A program made the translations under genes and the position numbers. The notes below the pieces were generated by a model. It had not been told where the DNA came from, searched no databases, and was given only the letters and a program-made list of their open reading frames with translations. Positions 1-10,399 of a stretch of DNA of 47,624 nucleotides are shown here, piece after piece. Each line of letters starts with the position of its first letter. Position 1 is the first letter of the stretch. Source of the stretch: Patescibacteria group bacterium (GTDB taxonomy: Bacteria; Patescibacteriota; Minisyncoccia; Phycocordibacterales; UBA918); NCBI GenBank assembly GCA_019752815.1, contig JAIELQ010000005.1, positions 1 through 47,624 on the forward strand, read 5' to 3'.

Positions 1-30
1 AAAGCTGACGAGTACGCATCAACGGGTGCG

Positions 31-3000
31 ATGCCAAAGAAAATCTTCTCCATTGCGCCAGCGCCAATGATTGAAGTGCCAGATTTGATTGAACCACAAC
101 GTGAATCGTTTAAGTGGTTTGTCGAGACAGCCTTAAAAGAAATCTTTACTGAGTTTTCACCGATTACTGACTACTCAGAGAAAAAGTTCGAACTTAAGTT
201 CAAGAAATACGAACTGGGTGAACCAAAGTGTACTCCAGAGTACGCCAAGGAAAACAAACTAACCTACGACGCACCACTGCGCGCGCAGGTGATTTTGAAG
301 AACAAAACTTTTGAAAGTGAAAAAGATCAGGAAATGTTCCTCGCTGACATGCCGGTCATGACCGAAAACGGAACCTTTATCATTAACGGTGTTGAACGTG
401 TGATTGTACCCCAACTCGCTCGTTCATACGGTATTTTCTTTACGGCCAATGAAGTAAAGGGACGCACAATGTTTGGTGCCAAAATTATCCCGGCTCGTGG
501 AGCCTGGGTGGAAATTGAATCTGACGTTGATGGCGTAATTTACGTTAAAATCGACCGTAAGAAGAAATTCCCAATTTCATCACTCCTTCGTGTCATGGGT
601 GTTGAAAAAGAAAAGGACATGATTGAAATGATGCAGGGGGTTGAGCGTGGCGAAGAATACATGAAGGCCACTATCGCCAAAGACCCAGCTAAATCAGTTG
701 ATGAATCATTTATCGAAATCTACAAACGTCTCCGAGACGGTGACCTTGCTACTGTTGATTCAGCGAAAGAATTTGTTCGTTCACTCTTTGCCCCAGAGCG
801 ATACGATCTCTCTGAAATTGGACGACACCACTTTAACGAACGGTACGGACGTCCAACTGATAAAAAAGCGACAGACGAACGCACTGTTTCAACCGAAGAC
901 GTTAAATTGATTTTGACTAACATTGTGGCGATGAACCATGATGTGATGGCGCTGCCTGATGATATCGACCACCTCGGGTTCCGTCGCGTCCGGTACTTTG
1001 GTGAAATGTTGCAACAACGTGTTCGTGTTGGTATGACCCGTATGAAGCGTAACATTCAAGACCGAATGTCTACGATTGAAGCCGAGACTTCACTCCCAAT
1101 GCAAATTTTAAACCCTCGACCACTCCAAGCTGCTATTAAAGAATTCTTTAGTACCAACCAGCTCTCACAATTCTCACAACAACAAAACAACCTCGCAGAA
1201 ATTGAACACTTGCGGACACTGTCCGCGCTTGGACCCGGCGGACTCACACGAGAACGTGCTGGTTTCGAAGTTCGTGACGTTCACACTAGTCACTACGGAC
1301 GGCTCTGTCCTATTCACACTCCAGAAGGACCAAACATTGGTTTGATTCTTCGTCTCTCAATGTATGCCAAGGTAAACCGTTTTGGTATTATCGAAACACC
1401 ATATGTTCGCGTAGAAAAAGGTATTGTGACTGGTGAAGTAACGTACATGAACGCTCATGAAGAAGAAAAGTACACTATTGCACATGCCGCAGTAGAACTT
1501 GATAAAAACGGAAAAATTGTTAACGACCTCGTTGAAGCCCGTAAAAAAGGTGATCCTCGAACCGTGCCTCGAAAAGATATTGAATACATGGATATTGCAA
1601 CGAACCAAGCGTTCTCGATTGCGACTTCAATGATTCCATTCCTAAACCACGACGACGCCAACCGTACTCTCATGGGTTCAAACATGCAGAAACAATCAAC
1701 ACCATGTTTGATTGCGGAAGCGCCGATTGTAGCAACCGGTGTAGAAGCCGTAGCTGCCCGCGACACAGGTCGTGTAGTGTACGCACTTGAAGCCGGAGAA
1801 GTTATTGAATGTGATGCAGAGCACATCGTCGTGAAAAACAAAGAAGGCAAGAAGAAAGAATACCCACTGACAACCCTTAAGCGAACAAACGACTTCTCTG
1901 CTTTTTACCACCGACCAGCTGTCACTGTTGGTAAAACAGTAAAGCGTGGCGATTTGCTTGCTGACACTACTTCAACTGACCAAGGACAATTGGCAGTGGG
2001 ACAAAATGCTCTCGTGGCCTTTATGTCATGGAACGGAGCTAACTACGAAGACGCGATTGTTATTTCAGAACGTCTGGTAAAGAAGAGTAAGTTTGCAAGT
2101 ATCCACATGGATGAGCTCGAAGTATCAGTTCGTGATACCAAGCTAGGTCCCGAAGTAACTTCAGCTGATATTCCAAACGTTTCAGAAATGAAACTGCGTA
2201 ATCTCGATGAAAACGGAATTATCCGTATCGGTGCCGAAGTTCGTCCGGGAGACATTTTAGTTGGTAAGGTAACACCAAAAGGTGAAACCCAACTAACACC
2301 AGAAGAACGACTCCTACGTTCAATCTTTGGAGAAAAAGCGAAGGACGTAAAGGACACCTCACTACGTCTTGAAGCTGGAAAGCGTGGGCGAGTGATTGGC
2401 GTAAAAATCTTCTCTCGTGAAAACGGCGACCAACTTGAAAGTGGCGTGATTAAACGAATCCACGTAACCGTTGCCCAAGTGCGTAACATTTCAGTGGGTG
2501 ACAAACTCGCTGGACGTCACGGTAACAAGGGAGTTATTTCTCGCATCTTGCCAGAAGAAGACATGCCGTACACCGAAGACGGACGCCCAATTGATATCTT
2601 GCTTACACCGCTTGGGGTACCTTCACGTATGAACCTTGGACAGATTCTAGAACTCCACCTCGGAATGGCTGCTAACACCCTTGGATACCAAGCGGTAGTA
2701 CCTCCATTTGCGGGAGCCAGTGAAAAACATGTTAAGGCTGAATTGGTAGCAGCTGGTTTACCAGAAGACGGTAAAATCCAACTTCGTGATGGACGTACTG
2801 GGGACCCATTTGCACAACGCACTGCCGTGGGGATGATGTATATCTTGAAACTCCACCACATGGTAGAAGACAAGATCCACATGCGTTCGATTGGACCGTA
2901 CTCTCTTATTACGCAACAACCACTCGGTGGTAAAGCGCAGGTGGGAGGTCAACGATTTGGAGAAATGGAAGTGTGGGCCTTACTCGGTTACGGTGCTGCC

Positions 3001-3228
3001 TACACCCTTCGTGAAATGCTCACCATTAAGTCAGACGATATTGTCGGACGCTCTGCTGCTTTTGACTCAATTGTGCGTGGTGAAAAAATTGGTCACCCAC
3101 ATACTCCAGCAGCCTTTAACGTATTGGTAAACCAACTACGGGGATTGGCGCTTGATGTGAAGTTAACCAAGGATGAACCAGTTCGCCCACGCCGTGATCG
3201 AGAAGAGTCGTCTTATGAGCCTGCATAA
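31..3228 (+). CDS. rpoB: DNA-directed RNA polymerase beta subunit
   Basis: Motifs GTFIINGVERV, GDKLAGRHGNKG, GQRFGEMEVW. The frame is open from base 1, so the true start could lie upstream of the window. Confidence 0.99.
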   Translation: MPKKIFSIAPAPMIEVPDLIEPQRESFKWFVETALKEIFTEFSPITDYSEKKFELKFKKYELGEPKCTPEYAKENKLTYDAPLRAQVILKNKTFESEKDQEMFLADMPVMTENGTFIINGVERVIVPQLARSYGIFFTANEVKGRTMFGAKIIPARGAWVEIESDVDGVIYVKIDRKKKFPISSLLRVMGVEKEKDMIEMMQGVERGEEYMKATIAKDPAKSVDESFIEIYKRLRDGDLATVDSAKEFVRSLFAPERYDLSEIGRHHFNERYGRPTDKKATDERTVSTEDVKLILTNIVAMNHDVMALPDDIDHLGFRRVRYFGEMLQQRVRVGMTRMKRNIQDRMSTIEAETSLPMQILNPRPLQAAIKEFFSTNQLSQFSQQQNNLAEIEHLRTLSALGPGGLTRERAGFEVRDVHTSHYGRLCPIHTPEGPNIGLILRLSMYAKVNRFGIIETPYVRVEKGIVTGEVTYMNAHEEEKYTIAHAAVELDKNGKIVNDLVEARKKGDPRTVPRKDIEYMDIATNQAFSIATSMIPFLNHDDANRTLMGSNMQKQSTPCLIAEAPIVATGVEAVAARDTGRVVYALEAGEVIECDAEHIVVKNKEGKKKEYPLTTLKRTNDFSAFYHRPAVTVGKTVKRGDLLADTTSTDQGQLAVGQNALVAFMSWNGANYEDAIVISERLVKKSKFASIHMDELEVSVRDTKLGPEVTSADIPNVSEMKLRNLDENGIIRIGAEVRPGDILVGKVTPKGETQLTPEERLLRSIFGEKAKDVKDTSLRLEAGKRGRVIGVKIFSRENGDQLESGVIKRIHVTVAQVRNISVGDKLAGRHGNKGVISRILPEEDMPYTEDGRPIDILLTPLGVPSRMNLGQILELHLGMAANTLGYQAVVPPFAGASEKHVKAELVAAGLPEDGKIQLRDGRTGDPFAQRTAVGMMYILKLHHMVEDKIHMRSIGPYSLITQQPLGGKAQVGGQRFGEMEVWALLGYGAAYTLREMLTIKSDDIVGRSAAFDSIVRGEKIGHPHTPAAFNVLVNQLRGLALDVKLTKDEPVRPRRDREESSYEPA

Positions 3229-3241
3229 TTTTTAGTAGTAT

Positions 3242-6200
3242 ATGTCAACATTTTCACCTAAGAAGCCAACTTTGACTCCAAATCAGTTTACTGAGATTGG
3301 TCTTAAACTTGCTTCGCCTGAAACAATTCTTGAATGGTCATACGGGGAAGTAACAAAACCGGAAACCATCAACTACCGAACGCAGCGCCCTGAAAAGCAC
3401 GGACTCTTCGACGAACGTATCTTTGGACCAGTAGAAGACTACGAATGTTCTTGTAAAAAATACCGCGGTATTCGATACAAAGGCATCGTCTGTGAGAAGT
3501 GTGGAGTAGAAGTTACTCGCGCTATTGTACGACGTGAACGTATGGGTCACATTGATTTGTGTGTACCGGTATCTCACATTTGGTTCTTGCGCGGAGTGCC
3601 ATCACGAATCGCGTTGATTCTTGGTATTACCGCTGCCTCAATCGAAAAAGTAATTTACTTTGCTGGGTACATTGTTACCAAAGTAAGCGAAGACGAACGA
3701 GGACGACTCCTTAAAGCACTCGATACTGAATTTAAAGCCAAACTTAAGGATCTCCAAAACGAAGATGCTAAAGAAGCACTGAAGGTGCGTATGGAGGACA
3801 TGAAGAAGGAGATTGAAAGCATCGCACAAGGAATTGTGCTTGATGAAACAACCTTCCACAAATACTCGGTGAAATACAGTACGTTGTTCGAAGCTAAAAT
3901 TGGTGCGGAATCTATTTTTGAACTCTTCAAAAATATCGACATGCCAAAACTGTTGGCTCGATTGGAAACTGAGCGCGAAACAGCTGGCGCAATGGAACGA
4001 GCGAAATTGGACAAGCGCCTTTCACTCGTACGCGGGATGATTCATGCTGGCGTTAAACCAGAATGGATGTTCCTTACTCGTATCCCAGTTATCCCACCAG
4101 CGATTCGCCCAATGGTGGCGCTTGAAGGCGGACGTCACGCGTCATCTGACCTTAACGACCTCTACCGTCGCGTGATTAACCGTAACAATCGTTTGAAAAA
4201 ACTGATTGATATTATGGCACCGGACGTAATTCTTCGTAACGAAAAGCGTATCTTGCAAGAAGCGGTTGACGCCCTTATCGACAACTCAATTCGTCATGGT
4301 AACGCAGCCTACTCAGCCATGGGTCAAGCACAACGTCGGCCACTTAAATCACTCTCTGACTACCTAAAATCAAAACAAGGATACTTCCGTCAGAACCTTC
4401 TTGGAAAGCGTGTGGACTATTCTGGACGTTCGGTAATTGTTATTGGTCCTGACTTGCAGCTTGACCAATGTGGTCTGCCGAAGCACATGGCGCTCGAACT
4501 CTTCCGTCCGTTTGTTATCGCTGAGCTTCTTAAGCAAGAACTTGCGTACAACATCCGTGGAGCAGGACGTTTGATTGAAGACGGAGTACCAGAAGTATGG
4601 GCGATTTTGGAAAACATCATCAAACATAAACACGTACTCCTTAACCGTGCGCCGACACTGCACCGTCAAGGTATCCAGGCGTTCCGTCCGGTATTGATTG
4701 AAGGTAATGCGATTCAGGTGCACCCACTCGTGTGTCGCGCGTTTAATGCCGACTTCGACGGTGACCAGATGGCTGTTCACGTACCACTCGGGGAGGAAGC
4801 ACAATTGGAAGCCCGAGAGATGATCTCAGCCAACAAGAACATCCTCAAACCAGGATCGGCTGAACCGGTTGTATCTGAAAAACTTCTTGATATGGCACTC
4901 GGTGCCTACTGGATGACCAAGGTGGTTAAGGGTGCTCTCGGTGAAGGCAAAGCATTTGCCTCACCAAACGACGCTATTAACGCCTACGACTACGGTATCA
5001 TCGACTTCCGCGCAGTGGTAAAGGTACTTGCTACTGATACAGAAAAATACAAACAATTTGAAGGTAAGGTATTTGAAACAACTGTCGGACGTCTCTTGTT
5101 CAACTCAGTGCTTCCAAGTGATCACCTCTTCATTAACGACGTGGTAGTCCAACGAATGCTCTTTGATATCATCATTGATATTATCGACGACCGTGGTCCA
5201 GAAGCCGTGCCGGCAATTGTCGACAAACTTAAAAAACTTGGATTCAAATACGCTACACAATCTGGAACAACCTGGGGTATTGATGAAGTAAAAGTGCCAG
5301 TGCAAAAAGCTGCCATTGTTGAAGCGTCACGTGAAGAAGAACGAAAGGTATTTGCCTTCTACGATGAAGGACTTATCTCTCGTGATGAACGTCGCCGCAT
5401 GATTGTGTCTATCTGGCACCGCGCGAAAACTGAAATTGAAAAAGTACTGCCAGAAACACTGGATGAAACTGGATCAGCCTACGAAATGTGGAAGTCTGGT
5501 GCTCGTGGATCTCTTGGTCAAATTGCCCAGATGGCCGGTATGAAGGGTCTTATCGTTAATACCCGAGGTGAGACATTGGAATTCCCAATTCTTTCTTCAA
5601 TGAAGGAAGGTATGACACCGATTGAGTACTTCAACACTACTCACGGTTCTCGTAAGGGTCTTGCTGACACCGCGTTGCAGACTGCGAAGGCAGGGTACCT
5701 TACTCGACGTCTCTTCGTAGTGGCGCAAGACGCGATTGTAACGGAAATTGATTGTAAAACTAAAGATGGTACCAAGATTGGTCGCATCAGTGCCTCTGGT
5801 ATTGAAATTGCCTTCAGTAAAGCGATCAAGGGACGTATCCTCTCACAAGACGCAGTGGACAGTAAGGGCAATGTTATCTTCCCTAAAGGTCACTTGATGT
5901 CACGACGGGACGCGATTGCGGTTGAAGGTTCAACCTGTTCAATGGTTGAAGTACGTTCACCAATGACCTGTAAAACACTTCGCGGTGTGTGTCAGAAGTG
6001 TTACGGAATTGACCTCACAACGAACCAGCTCATCGACATCGGTGAAGCGGTCGGAACGGTAGCAGCGCAAGCGATTGGTGAACCGGGAACTCAGCTGACG
6101 ATGAACACCAAACACGCCGGAGGTACTGCCTCAGCCGGTGGAGACGTAACCTCAGGTCTTCCTCGTGTAGAAGAAGTATTTGAAAAACGTCAACCAAAAG

Positions 6201-6925
6201 TGCCTGCCATCGTCAGTAAGTGTGAAGGTCTCGTCGTAGACATTCGTACCGAAGGACGTGAAAAGGTAATTGTGGTTTCTCCAGACATGGGTGCCAAAGG
6301 TGCTCCAAAGAAAAAAGATAACATTGAATACCCAGTTCACTACCGCCGTCAGGTGATTGTGAACAAGGGAGAGACTGTTATCTCAGGACAACTCCTCACT
6401 GATGGTTCAGCCTTGCTTCCAGAACTCTTCAAGTTCGGTGGTCAAGAAGTAGCTCAGGAATACATTATTTCTGAAGTAAACAAGATTTACGAACTCCAAG
6501 GGGTAACGATTGCGCGCAAGCACATTGAACTTATCGTGAAACAAATGATGTCTCGCGTGAAAGTAAACAGTACTGGTGACAGTCACTTTACCAACGGTGA
6601 CGTAGTTGAAGAATGGATCTTTATCGAAGCCAACAACAAGTTGAAAGCCGAAGGTAAAGAAGTGGCCAAGGCCGACCGTTTGATTCTCGGTATTACCGAA
6701 ACATCTCTCTCACGAAAGAGTTTCCTTTCAGCAGCGTCTTTCCAAAACACTACTCGAGTACTTATCAATGCTGCCGTTCGTGGTAGTGAAGATAACCTTG
6801 CCGGTTTGATGGAGAACGTTATTATCGGAAAACTTATTCCAGCTGGATCAGGATTTAAGGGAAGTAAGAAGTATGAGATGATGCAGCAGCTGCAGGGAGG
6901 AGCCACCCGCATCGACCGCGAGTAG
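3242..6925 (+). CDS. rpoC: DNA-directed RNA polymerase beta' subunit
   Basis: Catalytic NADFDGD, N-terminal Zn finger (CSC...CEKC), follows rpoB. Confidence 0.99.
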   Translation: MSTFSPKKPTLTPNQFTEIGLKLASPETILEWSYGEVTKPETINYRTQRPEKHGLFDERIFGPVEDYECSCKKYRGIRYKGIVCEKCGVEVTRAIVRRERMGHIDLCVPVSHIWFLRGVPSRIALILGITAASIEKVIYFAGYIVTKVSEDERGRLLKALDTEFKAKLKDLQNEDAKEALKVRMEDMKKEIESIAQGIVLDETTFHKYSVKYSTLFEAKIGAESIFELFKNIDMPKLLARLETERETAGAMERAKLDKRLSLVRGMIHAGVKPEWMFLTRIPVIPPAIRPMVALEGGRHASSDLNDLYRRVINRNNRLKKLIDIMAPDVILRNEKRILQEAVDALIDNSIRHGNAAYSAMGQAQRRPLKSLSDYLKSKQGYFRQNLLGKRVDYSGRSVIVIGPDLQLDQCGLPKHMALELFRPFVIAELLKQELAYNIRGAGRLIEDGVPEVWAILENIIKHKHVLLNRAPTLHRQGIQAFRPVLIEGNAIQVHPLVCRAFNADFDGDQMAVHVPLGEEAQLEAREMISANKNILKPGSAEPVVSEKLLDMALGAYWMTKVVKGALGEGKAFASPNDAINAYDYGIIDFRAVVKVLATDTEKYKQFEGKVFETTVGRLLFNSVLPSDHLFINDVVVQRMLFDIIIDIIDDRGPEAVPAIVDKLKKLGFKYATQSGTTWGIDEVKVPVQKAAIVEASREEERKVFAFYDEGLISRDERRRMIVSIWHRAKTEIEKVLPETLDETGSAYEMWKSGARGSLGQIAQMAGMKGLIVNTRGETLEFPILSSMKEGMTPIEYFNTTHGSRKGLADTALQTAKAGYLTRRLFVVAQDAIVTEIDCKTKDGTKIGRISASGIEIAFSKAIKGRILSQDAVDSKGNVIFPKGHLMSRRDAIAVEGSTCSMVEVRSPMTCKTLRGVCQKCYGIDLTTNQLIDIGEAVGTVAAQAIGEPGTQLTMNTKHAGGTASAGGDVTSGLPRVEEVFEKRQPKVPAIVSKCEGLVVDIRTEGREKVIVVSPDMGAKGAPKKKDNIEYPVHYRRQVIVNKGETVISGQLLTDGSALLPELFKFGGQEVAQEYIISEVNKIYELQGVTIARKHIELIVKQMMSRVKVNSTGDSHFTNGDVVEEWIFIEANNKLKAEGKEVAKADRLILGITETSLSRKSFLSAASFQNTTRVLINAAVRGSEDNLAGLMENVIIGKLIPAGSGFKGSKKYEMMQQLQGGATRIDRE

Positions 6926-6926
6926 G

Positions 6927-7050
6927 AGAAATTCCACTACACACTCATCTGCGTTGTTGCGACTGCGAAGTTAGACGTTCACCGTACAAGGAGTACGGCT
7001 CACGCCCAACTTCTTGCGCGCCTAGCATCTGAGCACGTATTGAAATTCCT
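6927..7050 (-). repeat. Palindromic element family A, copy 1 (after rpoC stop)
   Basis: Plus strand CATCTGCGTTGTTGC...TCA-CCGTAC-N5-GTACGG-CTCA...CGCCTAGCATCT within an imperfect long inverted repeat. Pairs best on the minus strand (G-T wobbles). Confidence 0.85.
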
Positions 7051-7086
7051 TTAATTGACGAAAGAGAGTAGTCGACAATTTAGAGA

Positions 7087-7123
7087 AAACAAAAACCGCC
7101 TTCGGCGGTTTTTGTTTGTTTTT
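7087..7123. terminator. Intrinsic terminator of rpoBC (bidirectional form)
   Basis: AAACAAAAACCGCC-TTC-GGCGGTTTTTGTTT hairpin with A and T tails. Confidence 0.85.
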
Positions 7124-7161
7124 AAAAAAGAAAAACCCGCACCATGTTACTGAGCGGGTTT
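7124..7161 (-). terminator. Terminator of the minus-strand orphan gene; near-duplicate at 10329-10368
   Basis: AAACCCGC...GCGGGTTT stem followed on the minus strand by TTCTTTTTT. Confidence 0.7.
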
Positions 7162-7182
7162 CGCTTAGTTTGGTGCGGGGGA

Positions 7183-7752
7183 TCAGTGCTTCTTGATGTC
7201 CGTGTCTTGCTCGACCGCCTGCTTCTTCGTCTCGTTCTGGGCCTCAGGGCTGAACAGAAACTCGACATCAAGACGGGGACGACCGTTGCCGAGATCGACA
7301 GCGACCGTGTACCGCTTTGTGACATCTTCGTATTTGATCCGTTGCCCATCGTCTTCGCCAAAACCAAAGCTCGATGGTGGAACTCGGTACGTGTGACCGA
7401 CATTGGTCGAGATTTCGATGGTTTTGCCATCTACTTCGGGGAAGATGTGCTTGATGATGGCGCCTACCACGAATGGCGAGATGTCTGCCCAGTCGAATGC
7501 ATCGCCGATCCCCACTGAAATCTCATACTGCGAGAGTGAACCGGAGCTGACACCTGGAATTTGCTCCAGCGCCTTGGATAGGGCGAGGGCAACAGCACCA
7601 GGTTTCTTTTTCTCGTCGAGCGACGAAAAAAAGTTGTCTTGGCCAAAGCCATAGTGTCGCACAGGGCACACGTCGCGAACGACGTGATATGAGCGACGGG
7701 TCGGGTTCGGATGCTGAACCATCTTGATGTGTGCTTTGATGTCGATGTCCAC
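7183..7752 (-). CDS. Hypothetical protein with Nfu/NifU N-terminal (scaffold)-like domain
   Basis: HPNP...LSKALEQIPGV...YEISVGIGDAFDWADI resembles Nfu_N. Start reassigned to GTG 7752, which has SD AAGGAG (ORF track start 7791). Confidence 0.6.
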   Translation of the reverse strand: MDIDIKAHIKMVQHPNPTRRSYHVVRDVCPVRHYGFGQDNFFSSLDEKKKPGAVALALSKALEQIPGVSSGSLSQYEISVGIGDAFDWADISPFVVGAIIKHIFPEVDGKTIEISTNVGHTYRVPPSSFGFGEDDGQRIKYEDVTKRYTVAVDLGNGRPRLDVEFLFSPEAQNETKKQAVEQDTDIKKH

Positions 7753-7796
7753 AGGCAATCTCCTTCTGTTGTATAGTGAACTAATGTTCATATAGT

Positions 7797-7824
7797 ATTA
7801 TACACAAAAAATAAAATAAGTCAA
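7797..7824 (-). promoter_or_regulatory. sigma70-type promoter
   Basis: TTGACT-N16-TATAAT on the minus strand. Confidence 0.7.
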
Positions 7825-7845
7825 TAGCTTACGATACTCCCAGCA

Positions 7846-7978
7846 ATCAAGTATACTAGTGGCAATCATGGCATCAGGGGACGCGGTACAGCAGATTAAG
7901 GATCGGCTCAATATTATTGATGTGATTTCACCGTATGCGGAGCTAGTAAATGAGCCCCACTTTGTTTCTTGCAACTGA
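7846..7978 (+). pseudogene. Duplicated dnaG 5' fragment with its -10 box (36-aa ORF 7868-7978)
   Basis: 7846-7944 matches 8514-8612 with 6 mismatches in 99 nt. Encodes MASGDAVQQIKDRLNIIDVISPYAEL, then diverges and stops. Confidence 0.9.
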
Positions 7979-8016
7979 TGATTTTATTGTTGGGCGGGTG
8001 GTAGAATTGGAGTAGT

Positions 8017-8406
8017 ATGAAAGACTTTAAACACTGGGTTGGCGTTAAGGAAAAACTCGATAGTTTACTTCATAAACCACCATTTGTGAGTGAGGGTGAT
8101 ATGTGGTGGGCGAGTATTGGTGAAAATGTCGGTTCGGAAATCGGTGGCAAAAGTGACCTGCACTCCAGACCGGTTATTATTTTGCGTAAGTTGTCCCATG
8201 GATTTTACTTTGTGATACCAACAACTACCAAAACCAAAGACGGTAGCTGGTATTTTTCCTTCACCCATGCTGAAAAAGTAACGACTGCCTGCCTTCACCA
8301 ATCAAGAGCAATCGACTATCGCCGACTGTCCTCAAAGTTAGGAACGTTAGCCGAACAAGATTTTGCAGATTTAAAGAGTGCGTTTAGAAATCTGTATAAA
8401 CTCTAA
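8017..8406 (+). CDS. PemK/MazF-family toxin (endoribonuclease), orphan
   Basis: GDMWWASIGENVGSEIGGK...RPVIIL...VIPTTT...QSRAIDYRRL, a typical MazF-fold signature. Confidence 0.88.
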   Translation: MKDFKHWVGVKEKLDSLLHKPPFVSEGDMWWASIGENVGSEIGGKSDLHSRPVIILRKLSHGFYFVIPTTTKTKDGSWYFSFTHAEKVTTACLHQSRAIDYRRLSSKLGTLAEQDFADLKSAFRNLYKL

Positions 8407-8457
8407 ACAATATTCCCCGCCTCTTGCGAGGCGGGGCCGCGGGAAAACCCCGAATGT
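8407..8457 (-). ncRNA. Candidate small antisense RNA convergent with the PemK toxin gene
   Basis: Lies downstream of a near-consensus minus-strand promoter. 9-bp GC stem with a GCAA (GNRA) loop on the minus strand (8415-8436) plus a small CGGG/CCCG hairpin. No ORF. Ends are inferred. Confidence 0.5.
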
Positions 8458-8463
8458 AAATAA

Positions 8464-8492
8464 AGTATAGCCAAATGGATAAAATATGTCAA
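8464..8492 (-). promoter_or_regulatory. Near-consensus sigma70 promoter firing antisense toward the toxin 3' end
   Basis: TTGACA (8492-8487), 17-nt spacer, TATACT (8469-8464). Confidence 0.8.
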
Positions 8493-8535
8493 TATTTTAC
8501 CTAAAATTGCTCCATCAGGTATACTACTAGCAATT

Positions 8536-10302
8536 ATGGCATCAGGGGACGCGGTTCAGCAGATTAAAGATCGGCTCAATATTATTGATGTGATTTCACC
8601 GTATGCGGAGCTGACAAAGTCGGGGCGGCATTTTGTGGCGCGGTGTCCATTCCATTCGGAAAAGTCACCATCATTCCATGTGTCACCAGAACGCGGCACC
8701 TATCACTGTTTTGGCTGTGGGGTGGGGGGAGATATTTTTTCGTTTATTCAAGCAATTGATGGAGTGGAATTCAAAGATGCACTCAAGACCCTCGCCGAAC
8801 GTGCGGGTGTTGAACTGGTGCCAGAAAACCCACAAAAGAAAACCGAACGCGATGAGTTGGTGGCCGTCATTGAAGCCGCTACAAGCTACTATGAGAATCA
8901 GCTACCTAACATGGTAGATGCGACAGCGTATTTAGAGCGTCGTGGTGTCACTAAAGAAACAATTAAAAAGTGGCGCATCGGGTATGCTCCGGGTCCGCCG
9001 CTTGCTGGCTGGCGCGAGCTCAAGACCCATTTGATTAACGAGAAGTTTTTACCGGGCACGATGTTAAAGGCCGGCCTAATTAAAAGTGCCGAAGGTGGCA
9101 AAGAACCATTTGATACATTTCGCGACCGTATTATGTTTCCACTGCGTGACCAGGCGGGGCGGGTAGTGGGTTTCTCGGGAAGGATATTGGCAAAAGATAC
9201 TGATGCGCCGAAATACGTGAATTCACCGGAAACTGAGCTCTACCACAAATCAGAATTACTGTACGGGTACGATATGGCGAAACACGGTATTCGTAATTTA
9301 GGTTTTTGGATTATTGTCGAAGGGCAGTTTGATGTGGTGATGAGTCACCAAGCAGGGTATACCAATACCGTCGCTGTTTCAGGGACCGCATTGACACTCC
9401 ATCATGTGCAGTTGCTGGAACGACTTTCAACCAAGGTCGTGCTCGCGCTTGATTCAGACAAAGCCGGAATTGCCGCCATGAAAAAATCTGCTGACCTCAT
9501 GCTACGGCGGGGGATTGATGTGAAAGTCGCTGCTATGCCTGATGGCGCCGATCCGGCTGATATGATTTTGGCTGACCCTAAATCATTTAAAACTGCTGTG
9601 GGACATGCGGTCCATATCATCGAATTTTTACTCGCGCATTTACGCAAAGAAAATGCCGATGACCGAGCGTATAAATTAAAAGCCACGGCCGAGGTGATGC
9701 CGTTTATCACCCTCATTCCTAATATGATTGACCGCGATCATTTTGAAGGCGTGACTGCAACAGCGCTTGGCACAACCAAAGACGCTGTACATGCTGAGGT
9801 GTTGCGGTTGCTTGAGGAACAAAAGCGCCAACCGGTGCAATACAAAGAAGTAACTGTAGAAAAAACACCTACCCCACAAAACGAAACTATGACCGCAATT
9901 TTACGCAAAGAGGGTACCCTCCATTATCTACTGGCTGCGCTGACTATTGTGCCTGAACCAGTGCGAGAAGTCTTGGAGCGAGAAATTGCGGTAATTGTGA
10001 GTCCCGAGGTATTAGAGAGTGAGCGCATAAATGGCAGCGCCCACATATCGAAACTGACCTTCCAAATCGAGCAATTTATCGAAAAAAGTAGTTACCGATT
10101 GCAAATTGAAGAGTTCACCCACAAGCTCAACCAATTGCACAAATTAACGGTAGAAGGGAAGTTGGCCCAAGAAAAAGCCCAATTGAAGGAGATTGAAAGT
10201 TCTGGACAAGGGGACACCATGCCGGTGTTGCTTCGAGTAAATGAGCTACGGCGACAACTCCAAGCTAATGAGTATCAAGTCTCAATATTTCCAAAGCTCT
10301 AA
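8536..10302 (+). CDS. dnaG: DNA primase
   Basis: CHC2 Zn finger (CPFH...CFGC), KYVNSPET, TOPRIM VEGQFDV and DSD. Confidence 0.98.
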   Translation: MASGDAVQQIKDRLNIIDVISPYAELTKSGRHFVARCPFHSEKSPSFHVSPERGTYHCFGCGVGGDIFSFIQAIDGVEFKDALKTLAERAGVELVPENPQKKTERDELVAVIEAATSYYENQLPNMVDATAYLERRGVTKETIKKWRIGYAPGPPLAGWRELKTHLINEKFLPGTMLKAGLIKSAEGGKEPFDTFRDRIMFPLRDQAGRVVGFSGRILAKDTDAPKYVNSPETELYHKSELLYGYDMAKHGIRNLGFWIIVEGQFDVVMSHQAGYTNTVAVSGTALTLHHVQLLERLSTKVVLALDSDKAGIAAMKKSADLMLRRGIDVKVAAMPDGADPADMILADPKSFKTAVGHAVHIIEFLLAHLRKENADDRAYKLKATAEVMPFITLIPNMIDRDHFEGVTATALGTTKDAVHAEVLRLLEEQKRQPVQYKEVTVEKTPTPQNETMTAILRKEGTLHYLLAALTIVPEPVREVLEREIAVIVSPEVLESERINGSAHISKLTFQIEQFIEKSSYRLQIEEFTHKLNQLHKLTVEGKLAQEKAQLKEIESSGQGDTMPVLLRVNELRRQLQANEYQVSIFPKL

Positions 10303-10328
10303 TTGTTTCTTTCTTAGTTAACTTTTTT

Positions 10329-10368
10329 AAAAAAGAAAATCCCGTAGCATGTTGCTGAGCGGGATTTT
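10329..10368 (-). terminator. Terminator of the minus-strand orphan gene
   Basis: AAAATCCCG...CGGGATTTT with a T tail on the minus strand. Same design and loop as 7124-7161. Confidence 0.7.
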
Positions 10369-10399
10369 AACAGGAAAACGGAGCGTCACTCGACGTCAC

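Noticed and set aside
7144-7518. Plus-strand 124-aa ORF and other short ORFs overlapping the 7183-7752 gene
   Set aside because: Shadow frames. The minus-strand gene has a promoter, SD, terminator and domain-like motifs.
7868-7978. 36-aa ORF upstream of pemK as the protein antitoxin
   Set aside because: Its first 26 residues are the DnaG N-terminus, with no AbrB or RHH antitoxin features.
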